Source: Candidatus Doudnabacteria bacterium (GTDB taxonomy: Bacteria > Patescibacteriota > Doudnabacteria > UBA920). From it: 48,936 bases of DNA. Under the pieces are notes generated by a model. That model searched no databases. It was not told the origin of the DNA and worked only from the letters and a program-made list of their open reading frames with translations. Position numbers and translations under genes: made by a program. The DNA lies in the NCBI GenBank assembly GCA_903908535.1, contig CAIVSE010000077.1:1-48936 (forward strand). The letters run 5' to 3'. Shown here piece by piece: positions 17,880-27,328 of the stretch (position 1 is its first letter; every line of letters starts with the position of its first letter).

Positions 17880-17917
17880 TTACCATGGAGCTGCTCTACC
17901 AACTGAGCTACTTGGGC
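17880..17917 (-). pseudogene. 5' half (nt 1-38) of intronless tRNA-Thr(GGU); island att junction
   Basis: GCCCAAGTAGCTCAGTTGGTAGAGCA-GCTCC-ATGGTAA then unrelated sequence. Confidence 0.92.
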
Positions 17918-17938
17918 GCGTTAACGTTCCAACACATT

Positions 17939-18787
17939 CTACACGTTTTTTAATTTTTCCGCAATGTCCGCGTTAAACGGTTCAAACTTTTGGGCCTTGA
18001 GCAATGCGGCTTTGGCGGCCAGCCGGTTGCCGGTCTTTTGCAGAGCCCCGGCCAGGGTGGTGTAAAATTTAATGTTGCGGGGTTCCAGGACAATGGCCTG
18101 CTTAAAAGTTTCGGCCGCCTCATTCAGCTGGCCTAAAGCCTCCTGGCACACGCCTTTATTATATAGCCGATTGGGCTGGGAAGGGTCAATGGCCAGGGAC
18201 TGGGCGTAATTTTCCACGGCCGGCCCGTAATCTTTTAGTTTATAGTTGGCCTGGGCCAAACGCGCGTAATATTCGGCATTAGTCATATTATGACGGACCA
18301 AATACTGGAAGATATCGCGCGCGTCGGCAGACTGGCCGCTGTCCAGATAAAATTTACCCAGTTGGTTATAAAGCTGGAGGTTTTTAGGGTCAGCTTTAAT
18401 TTTTTCCAGATAATAATTATCATCAGGCTCGCCGGTTTGATTTTCGGCCTGCGCAGGGATTGGCCGGGCGGCCGGCAGCGCCGCCGCGCTTACCGCATTA
18501 CGGCCAAAAATTTTTTTGACGCGGTAGCCTACTGCCGCGGATGGCCTTAGGTCCTTGGCCTCCAGAAGGAAGTGCCACAACCTTTGGCTTTGCCGCTGAA
18601 AGTAAGTCCGGAATTTGGGAATATCAAGCCAGGGCAGGCCTTTAAGCTTAATTTTTTGCGCCAAGGGGTCAGCCTGCTCCGGCTGGATTTTCGATGCCTC
18701 CGGTAAATGCCGCAGGATCATAAGCACAATCCCGAGAAAAGAAACTATAAGTAAAATATTTGGAATAATTTGGTAAGACAAGCGCAA
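17939..18787 (-). CDS. Membrane-anchored TPR protein
   Basis: N-terminal TM helix, several TPR-like repeats. Confidence 0.85.
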   Translation of the reverse strand: MRLSYQIIPNILLIVSFLGIVLMILRHLPEASKIQPEQADPLAQKIKLKGLPWLDIPKFRTYFQRQSQRLWHFLLEAKDLRPSAAVGYRVKKIFGRNAVSAAALPAARPIPAQAENQTGEPDDNYYLEKIKADPKNLQLYNQLGKFYLDSGQSADARDIFQYLVRHNMTNAEYYARLAQANYKLKDYGPAVENYAQSLAIDPSQPNRLYNKGVCQEALGQLNEAAETFKQAIVLEPRNIKFYTTLAGALQKTGNRLAAKAALLKAQKFEPFNADIAEKLKNV

Positions 18788-18873
18788 TAATTTCCAATTT
18801 TTAATTTTCAGTTTTCAATGACTTTGCGCCATTGAGTTTGAAAATTGAAAATTGTTAAATGAAAATTTTAATT

Positions 18874-19455
18874 TTAGTTTCCCAAAACGAAACGCGAAAA
18901 GCGGCGCACCACTACATTCTCCCCCATTTTGCCCACGGCTTGCGCTACTAGATCCTTTATTTTTGTATCCGGATTTTTTACAAACGGCTGTTCCATTAGG
19001 CAGGCTTCCTCATAGTATTTGGCCACGCGGCCCTCCACCATCTTATTTATGATATCTTCCGGCTTGCCTTTGGCTTGTTCTTTATAAATTTCCTGTTCTT
19101 TTTCCATCACGTCACCCGGCACATCCGCAATACTTACGTATAAAGGATTAGCCGCGGCAATGTGCAGGGCAATTTCTTTAACCAAAGTTTTAAAGTCGTC
19201 GGTGCGGGACACAAAGTCGGTTTCGCAATTAACTTCCACCAAAACGCCCACGCGGGAACCTGGATGGATGTAGGCTTCAACCAGGCCTTCCTTGGCCGCG
19301 CGTTCGGACTTTTTTCCGGCCTTCATGGCGCCTTTTTTGCGCAAAATTTCCATGGCTTTGTCCTTATCGTTGCCGGCTTCCGTAAGCGCTTCTTTGATAT
19401 CAACAATCCCCGCTCCGGTTAATTCGCGCAGTTCTTTTAAAATATCGTTAGACAT
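18874..19455 (-). CDS. tsf: Elongation factor Ts (short form)
   Basis: LRELTGAG, EVNCETDFV; follows rpsB. Confidence 0.97.
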   Translation of the reverse strand: MSNDILKELRELTGAGIVDIKEALTEAGNDKDKAMEILRKKGAMKAGKKSERAAKEGLVEAYIHPGSRVGVLVEVNCETDFVSRTDDFKTLVKEIALHIAAANPLYVSIADVPGDVMEKEQEIYKEQAKGKPEDIINKMVEGRVAKYYEEACLMEQPFVKNPDTKIKDLVAQAVGKMGENVVVRRFSRFVLGN

Positions 19456-19480
19456 ATGATTTTGTTTAGGTTAAATTAAT

Positions 19481-20224
19481 CTACTTAACTTCTTCAGCTG
19501 ACGGTTCGGCCACCGGAGCCGCTTCCTTGACTATCGCGGCCGCGCCCTTGGCTTCGTTAATGGCGTTGCTCATAGCCTGGCAGATAAGCTCTATGGCTTT
19601 GGTGGCATCGTCGTTGGCCGGAATCACATAGTTAATCCCTTCCGGGTTAACATTGGTATCTACAACGCCCACAATCTTTATGTTACTTTTTTGGGCTTCC
19701 TTTACCGCAATATCATCGTGTTTAACGTCAGTAACAAAAATGGCATCCGGCAGTTTCTTCATGTTTTTAATGCCCTCGAACAGCTTTTCCATCTTTTCTA
19801 TTTCGCGGTCAATCATCAAACGTTCTTTTTTGGTGTATTTGGTTTCCAGTTCTCCGGTAGCCTTTAAGCCTTCCAGGCGTTCCATTTTGCGCACGGTGCG
19901 CTGGATGGTTTTAAAGTTGGTAAAGGTGCCGCCCAGCCAGCGGACGTTAATGTAAGGCATGCCGCAGGCCATGGCTGCGTTTTTTAAAATGTCCTTGCTT
20001 TGCCGTTTGGTTCCCACAAATAAGATGGTACCGCCTTTGCCGGCCACGTCGCCGGCAAATTTCATGGCTTTTTCCAGGTTCTTTTTGGTCTGTTCCAAAT
20101 CCAAAATATGGATACCGCTCCGAACCGTAAAAATGTACGGCTTCATTTTGGGGTTCCACCGGCTGGTGGTATGGCCAAAATGCGCTCCGCTTTTGAGCAA
20201 ATCTAAAAGGGTGATGTCTTTCAT
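19481..20224 (-). CDS. rpsB: 30S ribosomal protein S2
   Basis: GAHFGH, WNPKMKPYI, RWLGGTFTNF, PANDDA. Confidence 0.98.
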   Translation of the reverse strand: MKDITLLDLLKSGAHFGHTTSRWNPKMKPYIFTVRSGIHILDLEQTKKNLEKAMKFAGDVAGKGGTILFVGTKRQSKDILKNAAMACGMPYINVRWLGGTFTNFKTIQRTVRKMERLEGLKATGELETKYTKKERLMIDREIEKMEKLFEGIKNMKKLPDAIFVTDVKHDDIAVKEAQKSNIKIVGVVDTNVNPEGINYVIPANDDATKAIELICQAMSNAINEAKGAAAIVKEAAPVAEPSAEEVK

Positions 20225-20234
20225 GGTCCTTATC

Positions 20235-20296
20235 CTTCTATCCGGTGGATTTATAAGATGCCCACAGGCCTTATAAACAGGAGGGTTTACCGGATA
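20235..20296 (-). promoter_or_regulatory. Structured rpsB 5' leader
   Basis: TATCCGGT/ACCGGATA outer and TTTATAAG/CTTATAAA inner helices just upstream of the SD. Confidence 0.45.
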
Positions 20297-20391
20297 TGTT
20301 AATTAATCTGTCTAAATTATAGCAGGCCTTGACGAAAATGGCAAATAAGGATACAATAAACGGGACATGACCCATTAATTGTTCATAAACC

Positions 20392-20655
20392 ATGAAAACA
20401 GCTATCCATCCCAAATATTTTAATGATGCCATAGTCACCTGCGCCTGTGGCAAAACTTTTACCACCGGCAGCACCCAGGCTACGCTTTACACCGAAGTCT
20501 GCAGCCAGTGCCACCCGTTTTATACCGGCAAGCAAATGCTACTCGACACCGCCGGCGTAGTCGATAAGTTTAAAAAGCGCAGCGCCGCCGCCGCAGCCAT
20601 TAAGTCTGTGGTCAAGGTCAAAAAAGAACGCAAACCGCGCGTGAAAAAAGCATAA
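20392..20655 (+). CDS. rpmE: 50S ribosomal protein L31 (Zn-binding type)
   Basis: IHPKY, CACG, CSQCHPFYTG. Confidence 0.97.
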   Translation: MKTAIHPKYFNDAIVTCACGKTFTTGSTQATLYTEVCSQCHPFYTGKQMLLDTAGVVDKFKKRSAAAAAIKSVVKVKKERKPRVKKA

Positions 20656-20691
20656 TGGGGACATAACCCATTATCAGCAATATTTATATTT

Positions 20692-20717
20692 AAAACCCCG
20701 CCGTAAGGCGGGGTTTT
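20692..20717. terminator. Bidirectional terminator
   Basis: AAAACCCCGCC-GTAA-GGCGGGGTTTT. Confidence 0.85.
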
Positions 20718-20778
20718 GCGTCGGTTAGGGAAGGTCTATTTTTCATTTATTAGCCATTTAAGTGTTTACTTAAATCGC

Positions 20779-21444
20779 TTATTTGACAATATTTAGCAAA
20801 TCCTTAAGGTTAGTAATGGTATAATCCACGGCTTCCGATTTTCTGTCTCCGTATTCAGGCAGTTTGTACCAAATGGTGGTCATGCCGAAGTTTTTTGCTT
20901 GGACTAGTCCCCTCTCTATGTTATCGTCTATCATGACGGATTTTTTAGGGTCGGCGCCGGTGCTATTAAATACGGCCTGGTAAAGTTGTGGGTCAGGTTT
21001 CTTAAAACCATAGTCAAGCGAGACCTCATTATGGTCAAAATATTGCAAAATGCCGGCTTGTTCCAACACTGTTTTAATGTACGCGTGCTGGTTGGCAATA
21101 ATTCCCAATTTATATTTTTGGCTTAGTATTGGTAGGACTTCTTTTATTTCTGGACGGATGTTTTTGACTTCAAAATAGTTTGGTAAACCTTTTTCTCGTT
21201 TCAACAGGTCTTGTTTAGCATCTTTAAATTTGTCGCCTGGCACAATTAATGAAAGCATGTTTTCTGCAAGGTTGCCAATTATGGAGCTGGCTTTTTGATG
21301 GAGATTAAAGACGTCCTGAAAAGTTAAATTAGGATTGTATATCTGCGCAGACTCCAAAATTAGTTGCCGCCTGGCATTATTAAAAGCTGATTCATTTATA
21401 ATTACTCCTCCAACATCAAAAAATATCCAGTCAATATTGTTCAT
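20779..21444 (-). CDS. HAD-superfamily hydrolase
   Basis: FFDVGGV, KKPDP, MIDD. Confidence 0.9.
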   Translation of the reverse strand: MNNIDWIFFDVGGVIINESAFNNARRQLILESAQIYNPNLTFQDVFNLHQKASSIIGNLAENMLSLIVPGDKFKDAKQDLLKREKGLPNYFEVKNIRPEIKEVLPILSQKYKLGIIANQHAYIKTVLEQAGILQYFDHNEVSLDYGFKKPDPQLYQAVFNSTGADPKKSVMIDDNIERGLVQAKNFGMTTIWYKLPEYGDRKSEAVDYTITNLKDLLNIVK

Positions 21445-21484
21445 AATTTTGCTTATTTGGCAATAAGCAGTAATTTATTTTAGT

Positions 21485-21726
21485 CTAATGCTTTTGTTTG
21501 CGTAATTGCTTTTCGATTTTCCTACGTTCAGATCTTGGCATTTGAGATATTTGGTTTTCTTTAACATAATCTATAACATGGCACGAAGGCATTCGGAAAG
21601 ACAAGACTGTTCGTCCTTGATGGTTAGTAACGGAGTTGGCTGGCGAGAATTTACAAATGCAATTCTTTGGTTTTTGTAAAAGTCCAGTCCTATTAAATTT
21701 AAACCGGGAAGAAATACTTTTTTCAT
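21485..21726 (-). pseudogene. Possible degraded retropepsin-like protease fragment
   Basis: LIGLDF in one frame and VTNHQGRTVLSFRMPSCHVIDYVKE in another; family recognised from memory only. Confidence 0.3.
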
Positions 21727-21731
21727 AAGTT

Positions 21732-22340
21732 TTAAATTATTTCCACTCCAAGTTTTTTTAAATCCTCGATAAATGTATCGTTATCCGTAAACAAAATTTC
21801 TTTTAACCCGATTTCCTTGGCGGCGATGGTATTGCGGTCTTTGTCGTCTACAAACACCGCTTGTTCTGCCGTTACGCCAGCTTTTTTTAACGCTAAGTTA
21901 TAAAATTCCGGGTCGGGTTTTTTTAGATGTTCAACGCAGGATAAAACTAAAAAATCAAAATGTTTATAAATGCCCATGCGCTCATCCACAACCATCCTGG
22001 AAAAAGTCAGATTGGAAAGCACTCCGATTGTATAATTTTTGCGCAGCAAATCGATTGCCTTGAGCAGTTGGGTGTTAATTGTCCTGACCTTTAGCATTTC
22101 CTCAATCCAAATTGACTGCAAGTCCACCCCCTTACCGGCCCCCGCTTTTTTAAAAGCCTCAAAAAATTGTTCCAGGGTTATGTTGCCGAGGATTAAGTCG
22201 CTCCAGTTTTCTTGGTGGTAATTGTCTATTAGCTGAACGTCAATGCCTACACGGCCAGAGAAATTTTTATATAGTTCCTGAAAACTGCCAAGAGTTACCA
22301 CTCCCCCGATATCAAAAATAATGGCTTTAATATTCTCCAT
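21732..22340 (-). CDS. HAD-superfamily phosphatase (YihX-like)
   Basis: IFDIGGV, LSN, KKPDPEFY, FVDD; start refined to MENIK. Confidence 0.9.
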   Translation of the reverse strand: MENIKAIIFDIGGVVTLGSFQELYKNFSGRVGIDVQLIDNYHQENWSDLILGNITLEQFFEAFKKAGAGKGVDLQSIWIEEMLKVRTINTQLLKAIDLLRKNYTIGVLSNLTFSRMVVDERMGIYKHFDFLVLSCVEHLKKPDPEFYNLALKKAGVTAEQAVFVDDKDRNTIAAKEIGLKEILFTDNDTFIEDLKKLGVEII

Positions 22341-22424
22341 ACTTAAAGTATAACATAAGCCGCTGCCCTTGTTTTTTTGGCTAAACATGCTATAATCATT
22401 TGAAATTCTTGAGGAGGAATTTAT

Positions 22425-23120
22425 ATGCCTGTTACGAACCGCACTATGACCGCTTTTGAGGCACTCCGCCTGGCATTTGTAGATGAAGGGAAACTTAACC
22501 CCCCGTTTGAAAAAGTCCCGCTGGAGATTTTACAGCTAGACTGGGAAAAAGCTAAAAATTTGCAGGTTGACCCGGAAACTTTCGACCACCATAAAGCCTG
22601 GGAGATTATCTGCCAAATTGGCTTTTGCAAAGCTGCGGTTTTGCCGCTCATCGACCCGGCCATTGCCCAAATTATAAGCCGGCTGATGGATTTGCCGGTT
22701 CTGCCCATTGCCAGCTGCAGCGGCCACGACTGGGCGACCATGGCTTGGGTAACTTTATTTTTTCGCGACGCGGCTTTTGGACAAAGGTTTTTGGCCGCCT
22801 GCGAAATTAACTGCGCCTGCGCGAAAATTACAGTCTCCGTGAATAGTTATATTGCGCGCCAAGTCGGCGGCTTCGGCCCGAGAATACCGGTTGAGCAATG
22901 CCTGGCTAACCGTCTGCCGCTGACCATTTCCGCGGACACACAAAGCGGCGATGACTGTCAGGCCTTTTGGCGGGCTTTTTCCCAGGCACTTGACTTGTTT
23001 GACCGCAAAGGGTTGATAGTTATAGACAAGAGCCAGCTGGACTCCTGTGTCCCTGACGATGAACGTCCTAAATACCTGCGCGAGATTTGGAATTCGCTGT
23101 GGTGGGGAGGTGGAGAATGA
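22425..23120 (+). CDS. Hypothetical protein
   Basis: SD GAGGAGG, 231-aa ORF, contains SCSGH. Confidence 0.7.
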   Translation: MPVTNRTMTAFEALRLAFVDEGKLNPPFEKVPLEILQLDWEKAKNLQVDPETFDHHKAWEIICQIGFCKAAVLPLIDPAIAQIISRLMDLPVLPIASCSGHDWATMAWVTLFFRDAAFGQRFLAACEINCACAKITVSVNSYIARQVGGFGPRIPVEQCLANRLPLTISADTQSGDDCQAFWRAFSQALDLFDRKGLIVIDKSQLDSCVPDDERPKYLREIWNSLWWGGGE

Positions 23121-23395
23121 GCCGGACCAAATTTACAGTCTTGCCCCATGATAATCCGCCACTTGGTTTACCCAATAAGTATGGTCTGTTGGAAAGTCTG
23201 GATAGCTCCTTCCCCTACACTGTCTTTTGTACAAAAAAAGCCTGGCTGACAGTTTTGGAGCGGGTTAACCTTGCGGTTGAAGAAAAGCTGGCCAGGGAAC
23301 GGGAAGTTTTACAGTCGGATTTACCTGAGAGTATCCTGGAACTTGACCATATGGTTGCCCAATCCCATATCCCGCCGAACAGGCATAAAATATAG
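23117..23395 (+). CDS. Hypothetical protein
   Basis: ATGA overlap with previous gene, SD GGAGG. Confidence 0.6.
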   Translation: MSRTKFTVLPHDNPPLGLPNKYGLLESLDSSFPYTVFCTKKAWLTVLERVNLAVEEKLAREREVLQSDLPESILELDHMVAQSHIPPNRHKI

Positions 23396-23448
23396 GCAAC
23401 AAAAAAACACGGTACGGCAGCCAAAACTGCCGCGCCGTGTTATTTTTA

Positions 23449-24132
23449 TTAGTGTTTATACTTGGCGTGGCCGGTCCAGCCGGGGCTGGCCCTAATTATT
23501 CTAACGGGTCCTATTAATGGCCTGTGTGGCCTTAGGTTGCCCGCAGTTTCATCATCATCATTTTTGTAAACCGCGGCCGCCTGGTCCCAGAGCTCATTAA
23601 GTTTTTCCTGATTGAAACCGCTTTCAGGCACCATGCCGCCCAAGTCGGCAATTTGCTGCGCGACCACGCCGATAAATATAGTCCGTATTTTTTCCAAATC
23701 ATCCGGCCTAAACTGTTTTACAAGATGTTCCGGAACCTGTTGCGCGGCTTCCTGTCTTAGTTTTTGGTCGTTCATCAATTTTTCCAAAGCATCGATGTTC
23801 TGTACCATGGCGTCAATCTGCACGCCAGTTACATCCGGCTGGTCAGCTAAGTAATCAAAATACTCATTGTAAGCGTCCAAATACATTTGGATATTATCCG
23901 GGTTATCCTGGTCGGCAAAATCTTTGCCTTGACTAATAATCCCAGCTTCCTTGGATTTCATGAGGTCATAGTATTTTTGAATGACGGTCAGTTGTTCTTT
24001 TCTTTTTACCAAAGCTTCCTGCCTAGCCTCCACAGGCAATTTGGAGATAAATTCCTGAGATTTTTTAGTATCCTGAATTTTTTGGTGTGTTTGATTATAT
24101 TCATCCCACTGCTCTTGGTGTTTTTCTGCCAT
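23449..24132 (-). CDS. Hypothetical helical protein
   Basis: 227-aa ORF with charged, coiled-coil-like composition. Confidence 0.7.
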   Translation of the reverse strand: MAEKHQEQWDEYNQTHQKIQDTKKSQEFISKLPVEARQEALVKRKEQLTVIQKYYDLMKSKEAGIISQGKDFADQDNPDNIQMYLDAYNEYFDYLADQPDVTGVQIDAMVQNIDALEKLMNDQKLRQEAAQQVPEHLVKQFRPDDLEKIRTIFIGVVAQQIADLGGMVPESGFNQEKLNELWDQAAAVYKNDDDETAGNLRPHRPLIGPVRIIRASPGWTGHAKYKH

Positions 24133-24220
24133 ATATTATTTGATAAATATTTATAGATAAATTATAGCAAATTATAGGTAAAAGAAAAGGCGTCCCGGTG
24201 GGATCGGGACGCCGAGGTTT

Positions 24221-24655
24221 TTATTGCTTCACCTCCTTGGCTTGCTGCGCCGCCGCACAGGCGCAGAAGTCTTGGGCGATCTTACCGGCGGCCTTATCCA
24301 CGAACTGGTTATAATGCACCAGTTCCGGGAATTCCGACAGGTTAGCGGGCTTTATGCGCTGGCCCGAAGCGTATGGGACCAGGGTGCCGTGGATGCTAAC
24401 GGTTAGCACCGACTGCGCCGGTTCCCACTTGACCTTGCCAGTCAGGCTGGTGCCGTTCTTGCCGGATTTGGCGCCGCGCGAGTAAAGCTGGGCACCAATG
24501 GCATCGGCCACATAACCGGCCTCGTCGCCGTCGAGGACAATGTCCTTGATGGTCAGCGCCGAAAGGTTGCAGGCGGCCTTGTCGGCCGAAGCGGTTTGGC
24601 AACCGGTCAGGGCTGCCAGCAAAATAACTAGCGCGAAAGCAAAAAAAGTTTTCAT
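24221..24655 (-). CDS. Putative lipoprotein
   Basis: SD GGAGG; MKTFFAFALVILLAALTG-C lipobox; hairpin 24189-24213 downstream. Confidence 0.75.
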   Translation of the reverse strand: MKTFFAFALVILLAALTGCQTASADKAACNLSALTIKDIVLDGDEAGYVADAIGAQLYSRGAKSGKNGTSLTGKVKWEPAQSVLTVSIHGTLVPYASGQRIKPANLSEFPELVHYNQFVDKAAGKIAQDFCACAAAQQAKEVKQ

Positions 24656-24771
24656 ATGTCCTCCAAAAATTTGAACTGGAAAATGTTGGCGTGACTGCTC
24701 CATCTAGTTGCATGTGGCTTGTCCCGATAAAATCGGGACATTCACCACGCCAATCAAACTTGGTTTACCGG

Positions 24772-24954
24772 TCAGCGCTTGCGCATCGACTGGCCGGAAA
24801 AGGGGCAGGATACCAAGCGGCGTTCAAAACCGATTTGCGCCTTGACGCTTTTGATCTTTTTGGGATCGGTTACGAATTTCCGTCCGTCCCAGCGAAGATT
24901 CTTGCTGAGTAGAAATTCGGTTGCCTGCCGCTCTAAGTTACTTTGAGTCATCAT
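24772..24954 (-). CDS. Small basic hypothetical protein downstream of Ro60
   Basis: SD GGAGGAG, 60-aa ORF. Confidence 0.55.
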   Translation of the reverse strand: MMTQSNLERQATEFLLSKNLRWDGRKFVTDPKKIKSVKAQIGFERRLVSCPFSGQSMRKR

Positions 24955-25231
24955 TTAAGATGTCTCCTCCCCGCAGTCCGCTATGGGCTAACGGACTATG
25001 AGGAGGAGAGATGAACAACGTCGTTCGAGAACGACGTTGTGAACGGGCGTCCATCTCTTTGTAGGTATTATTAGTTCGATTATTCCTCCTTAAAACTATT
25101 TGGCCTTTCCCATTAATTTTTCACTAATCCGAACGGATTGCTTGCGGCGCAGGACGCGCCGCAAGCAGGCTTTTAGTCTCTTATAGCCTAGTGTCCCGAT
25201 GTTGTCGGGATTCGCGCAGTCAGACTGGGAT

Positions 25232-26881
25232 TCACTGCGCGTCGTCCGGAGCTTCGGGGCTCTGCCGGATTTCCGCCTGGCGCAAATTCATCCTGCTAAT
25301 TTCTCTCAGTTGGCTTTCGCCGCCCTCAAGCATTAACGGAATGTATTTGACCACAGCGTCGCTCCATCCGTAAATGAAGCGCACTCCAGGTTCGTTAGCT
25401 GGTGCAACAGCGTGGCTGTAAGGGGCGAGTTGGACCACAAAGGCTTGCGCCTGAGGATTCACAACTGCCCGATACTGCCGCCACAACGAGATGAACGAGT
25501 CCCGGGTTTGGAATCCCGAGCCATACGCCCAATCTTCGTTGTCGGTTAGGCCCACAAACGCATCCACTTTGACCTTGCGGTCAAGTAAACGCTGAATGGG
25601 GCTGCCGAGCGCCGTGCCGCCACCACCGAGCTCATGGATTTTTTCCGCCGTGACCATAACATCGTCACGTCCGGAAAGTCCATGGTCAGCAATGACACAG
25701 GTTTCGAACGGGAGCGAAATCGCCCGACCTTCGATTTTACGCAACAGAGCTCCGGTAAAGATGCCGGCGATATCAATGCACTGCGTCTCTCCCCTTTCGG
25801 AGATTGGCGTAGTGCTCATTGAACCGCTGACATCAACACCTAAAGCTACTGTCGCGTTGCCGAAAGAAGGCATGTTGGCAAACGAAAGATTCAACGCAGC
25901 GCGGAGGGTATCCGCGATTCTGCTGTCAAAACCTTCGCTGCCCACATACTTTCTCCAGGCATCAAAGAATCGGAACGGCAAAACTTTGGAACGCTCCACG
26001 GCTTGCTGGTTGGAAAGTTTCTCCACAGCGCGCTGGACATTGGTCTCTTTTTGGAACACGCCGTGACGGGTAAAGGTCACGAGATTCCGCAAAAGGTTCA
26101 TGTACGGCGCTTGGTAAAGCAACTCTTCCCAAATTCGCGGCGTCATGTGCTTGACGGCTGGCACCACGACTTCAAACGGCAACCGCCCCTTTTGAATCAG
26201 GGCAATGGCTTCGTCTTCAGTCGTGGCCAACTTTAAAGCCACATACGCACGAATTTGCGGGTTGAGCTCGGGATTACTCCCAAGCTTACCCGAAACCAAC
26301 CAACCGAGGCGTTCGGCAACTGCGTCGTCGTCCGTACGCGGGTGGGTCATGCGCACAATGTCTCGAAGTGACACGCCCTCTGAAGCGGCCGAACCGTACT
26401 TCAGGGTGTGGTACTCGGACATTTGCGTCAGCCACTTCGCGACGGATTTAACAACGTAGCCGCCAAGGCCCTTTTTGCCGGCCACCTGGCCCGAGAGCAA
26501 CGCGCCGGTAAAGACGCGCAGATCGTCGGGGATGCAGATAACCTGGTCAAAAATGGTCTCAAAAGGCTCGCGGGTTTTGCCGCGGCCTCCGCTAAGCTCT
26601 GCTAGCGCCAACACGTTTTGGTCTTTGATCAGACCCCGGTTACGGCCATAGACAATGGCTTTGGCCAGGAATTCCGGATCTTCGGACCGGGCTTTAAGGA
26701 TGGCATCCTTCCACTCCGCTTCAAGCTCGCGCTTGCCGGCGTAAAAGGTGTCCCCAAAAATCCCAACGGTTAGCAGCTGTAGGACGCGCTCCCGCGGGGA
26801 GCGACTAAAGGTTTGGCCGCCTTCGTAGTTGCCTACGTTGGTCTGGGCCGCTGTCAGTGCGGAAAGCGTCGTCTGGTTCAT
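25232..26881 (-). CDS. rsr: Ro60/Rsr TROVE-domain RNA-binding protein with vWA domain
   Basis: DTFYA, DPEFLAKAIVYGR, LRDIVRMTHP, PYMNLLRNL, SKVLPFRF, MIDAS DVSGSM, GGGT, LTDNEDW, GWSD. Confidence 0.95.
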   Translation of the reverse strand: MNQTTLSALTAAQTNVGNYEGGQTFSRSPRERVLQLLTVGIFGDTFYAGKRELEAEWKDAILKARSEDPEFLAKAIVYGRNRGLIKDQNVLALAELSGGRGKTREPFETIFDQVICIPDDLRVFTGALLSGQVAGKKGLGGYVVKSVAKWLTQMSEYHTLKYGSAASEGVSLRDIVRMTHPRTDDDAVAERLGWLVSGKLGSNPELNPQIRAYVALKLATTEDEAIALIQKGRLPFEVVVPAVKHMTPRIWEELLYQAPYMNLLRNLVTFTRHGVFQKETNVQRAVEKLSNQQAVERSKVLPFRFFDAWRKYVGSEGFDSRIADTLRAALNLSFANMPSFGNATVALGVDVSGSMSTTPISERGETQCIDIAGIFTGALLRKIEGRAISLPFETCVIADHGLSGRDDVMVTAEKIHELGGGGTALGSPIQRLLDRKVKVDAFVGLTDNEDWAYGSGFQTRDSFISLWRQYRAVVNPQAQAFVVQLAPYSHAVAPANEPGVRFIYGWSDAVVKYIPLMLEGGESQLREISRMNLRQAEIRQSPEAPDDAQ

Positions 26882-27056
26882 TTAGATCTCCTTTTCCGAG
26901 ATATCTTCCTGTAGATAGAAAAACATTTTAGAAAAGGAGATGATTTTTAAAGTCCTATTTTGAACCCACAAATTTTTATAGGTTCAAATTAAGAGGGATG
27001 AAGTGGTTAGTTTCATCCCCGTAAGCCGGATTTAACCGGGCATATATTTTTTCCTC

Positions 27057-27150
27057 CTGGAAAGTAGGTTAGTAGGTCGTCCCGACTTTGTCGGGACGAC
27101 CATGCGGTGACAATTTGTCGAAGTATCCTCAACCGGCAGTCCTCGGCCAG
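27057..27150 (-). ncRNA. Y-RNA-like unit 1
   Basis: 5'/3' stem CUGG-CC-GAGG...CUUUCCAG, GGUUGAGG/CCUACUAACC, internal hairpins; upstream of rsr. Confidence 0.55.
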
Positions 27151-27158
27151 TAATTCGT

Positions 27159-27328
27159 GGCTGTCTACGGACAAAAGGTGGTTAAGGAGTGCCTGAGCGT
27201 AACCTGCGCCCAGGACTTTGTCCCCCGCCGCCTGGGAAATTCCAAACGGCGGAGCCGGAAGCGACAAGCCAAATACCAGTCAATTTTGGTTGGTTTGTCG
27301 AAGTAACCTCACCGAGCAGTCCTCAGCC
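27159..27328 (-). ncRNA. Y-RNA-like unit 2
   Basis: GGCUG/CAGCC, GGAC/GUCC, GGUGAGGUUA/UAACCACC enclosing three hairpins; shares a 31/37-nt 5' motif with unit 1. Confidence 0.6.

Larger units (their letters stand above)
4292..17886. mobile_element. ~13.6-kb integrative island in the tRNA-Thr(GGU) anticodon loop
   Basis: Direct 7-bp core TTACCAT at 4292-4298 and 17880-17886, tRNA halves outside the cores, sub-terminal inverted repeats, three tyrosine recombinases, accessory cargo. Confidence 0.9.

Noticed and set aside
17346-17953. ORFs 17346-17585, 17680-17886 and 17762-17953
   Set aside because: They overlap tRNA exons, the intron and att DNA; no homing endonuclease motif.
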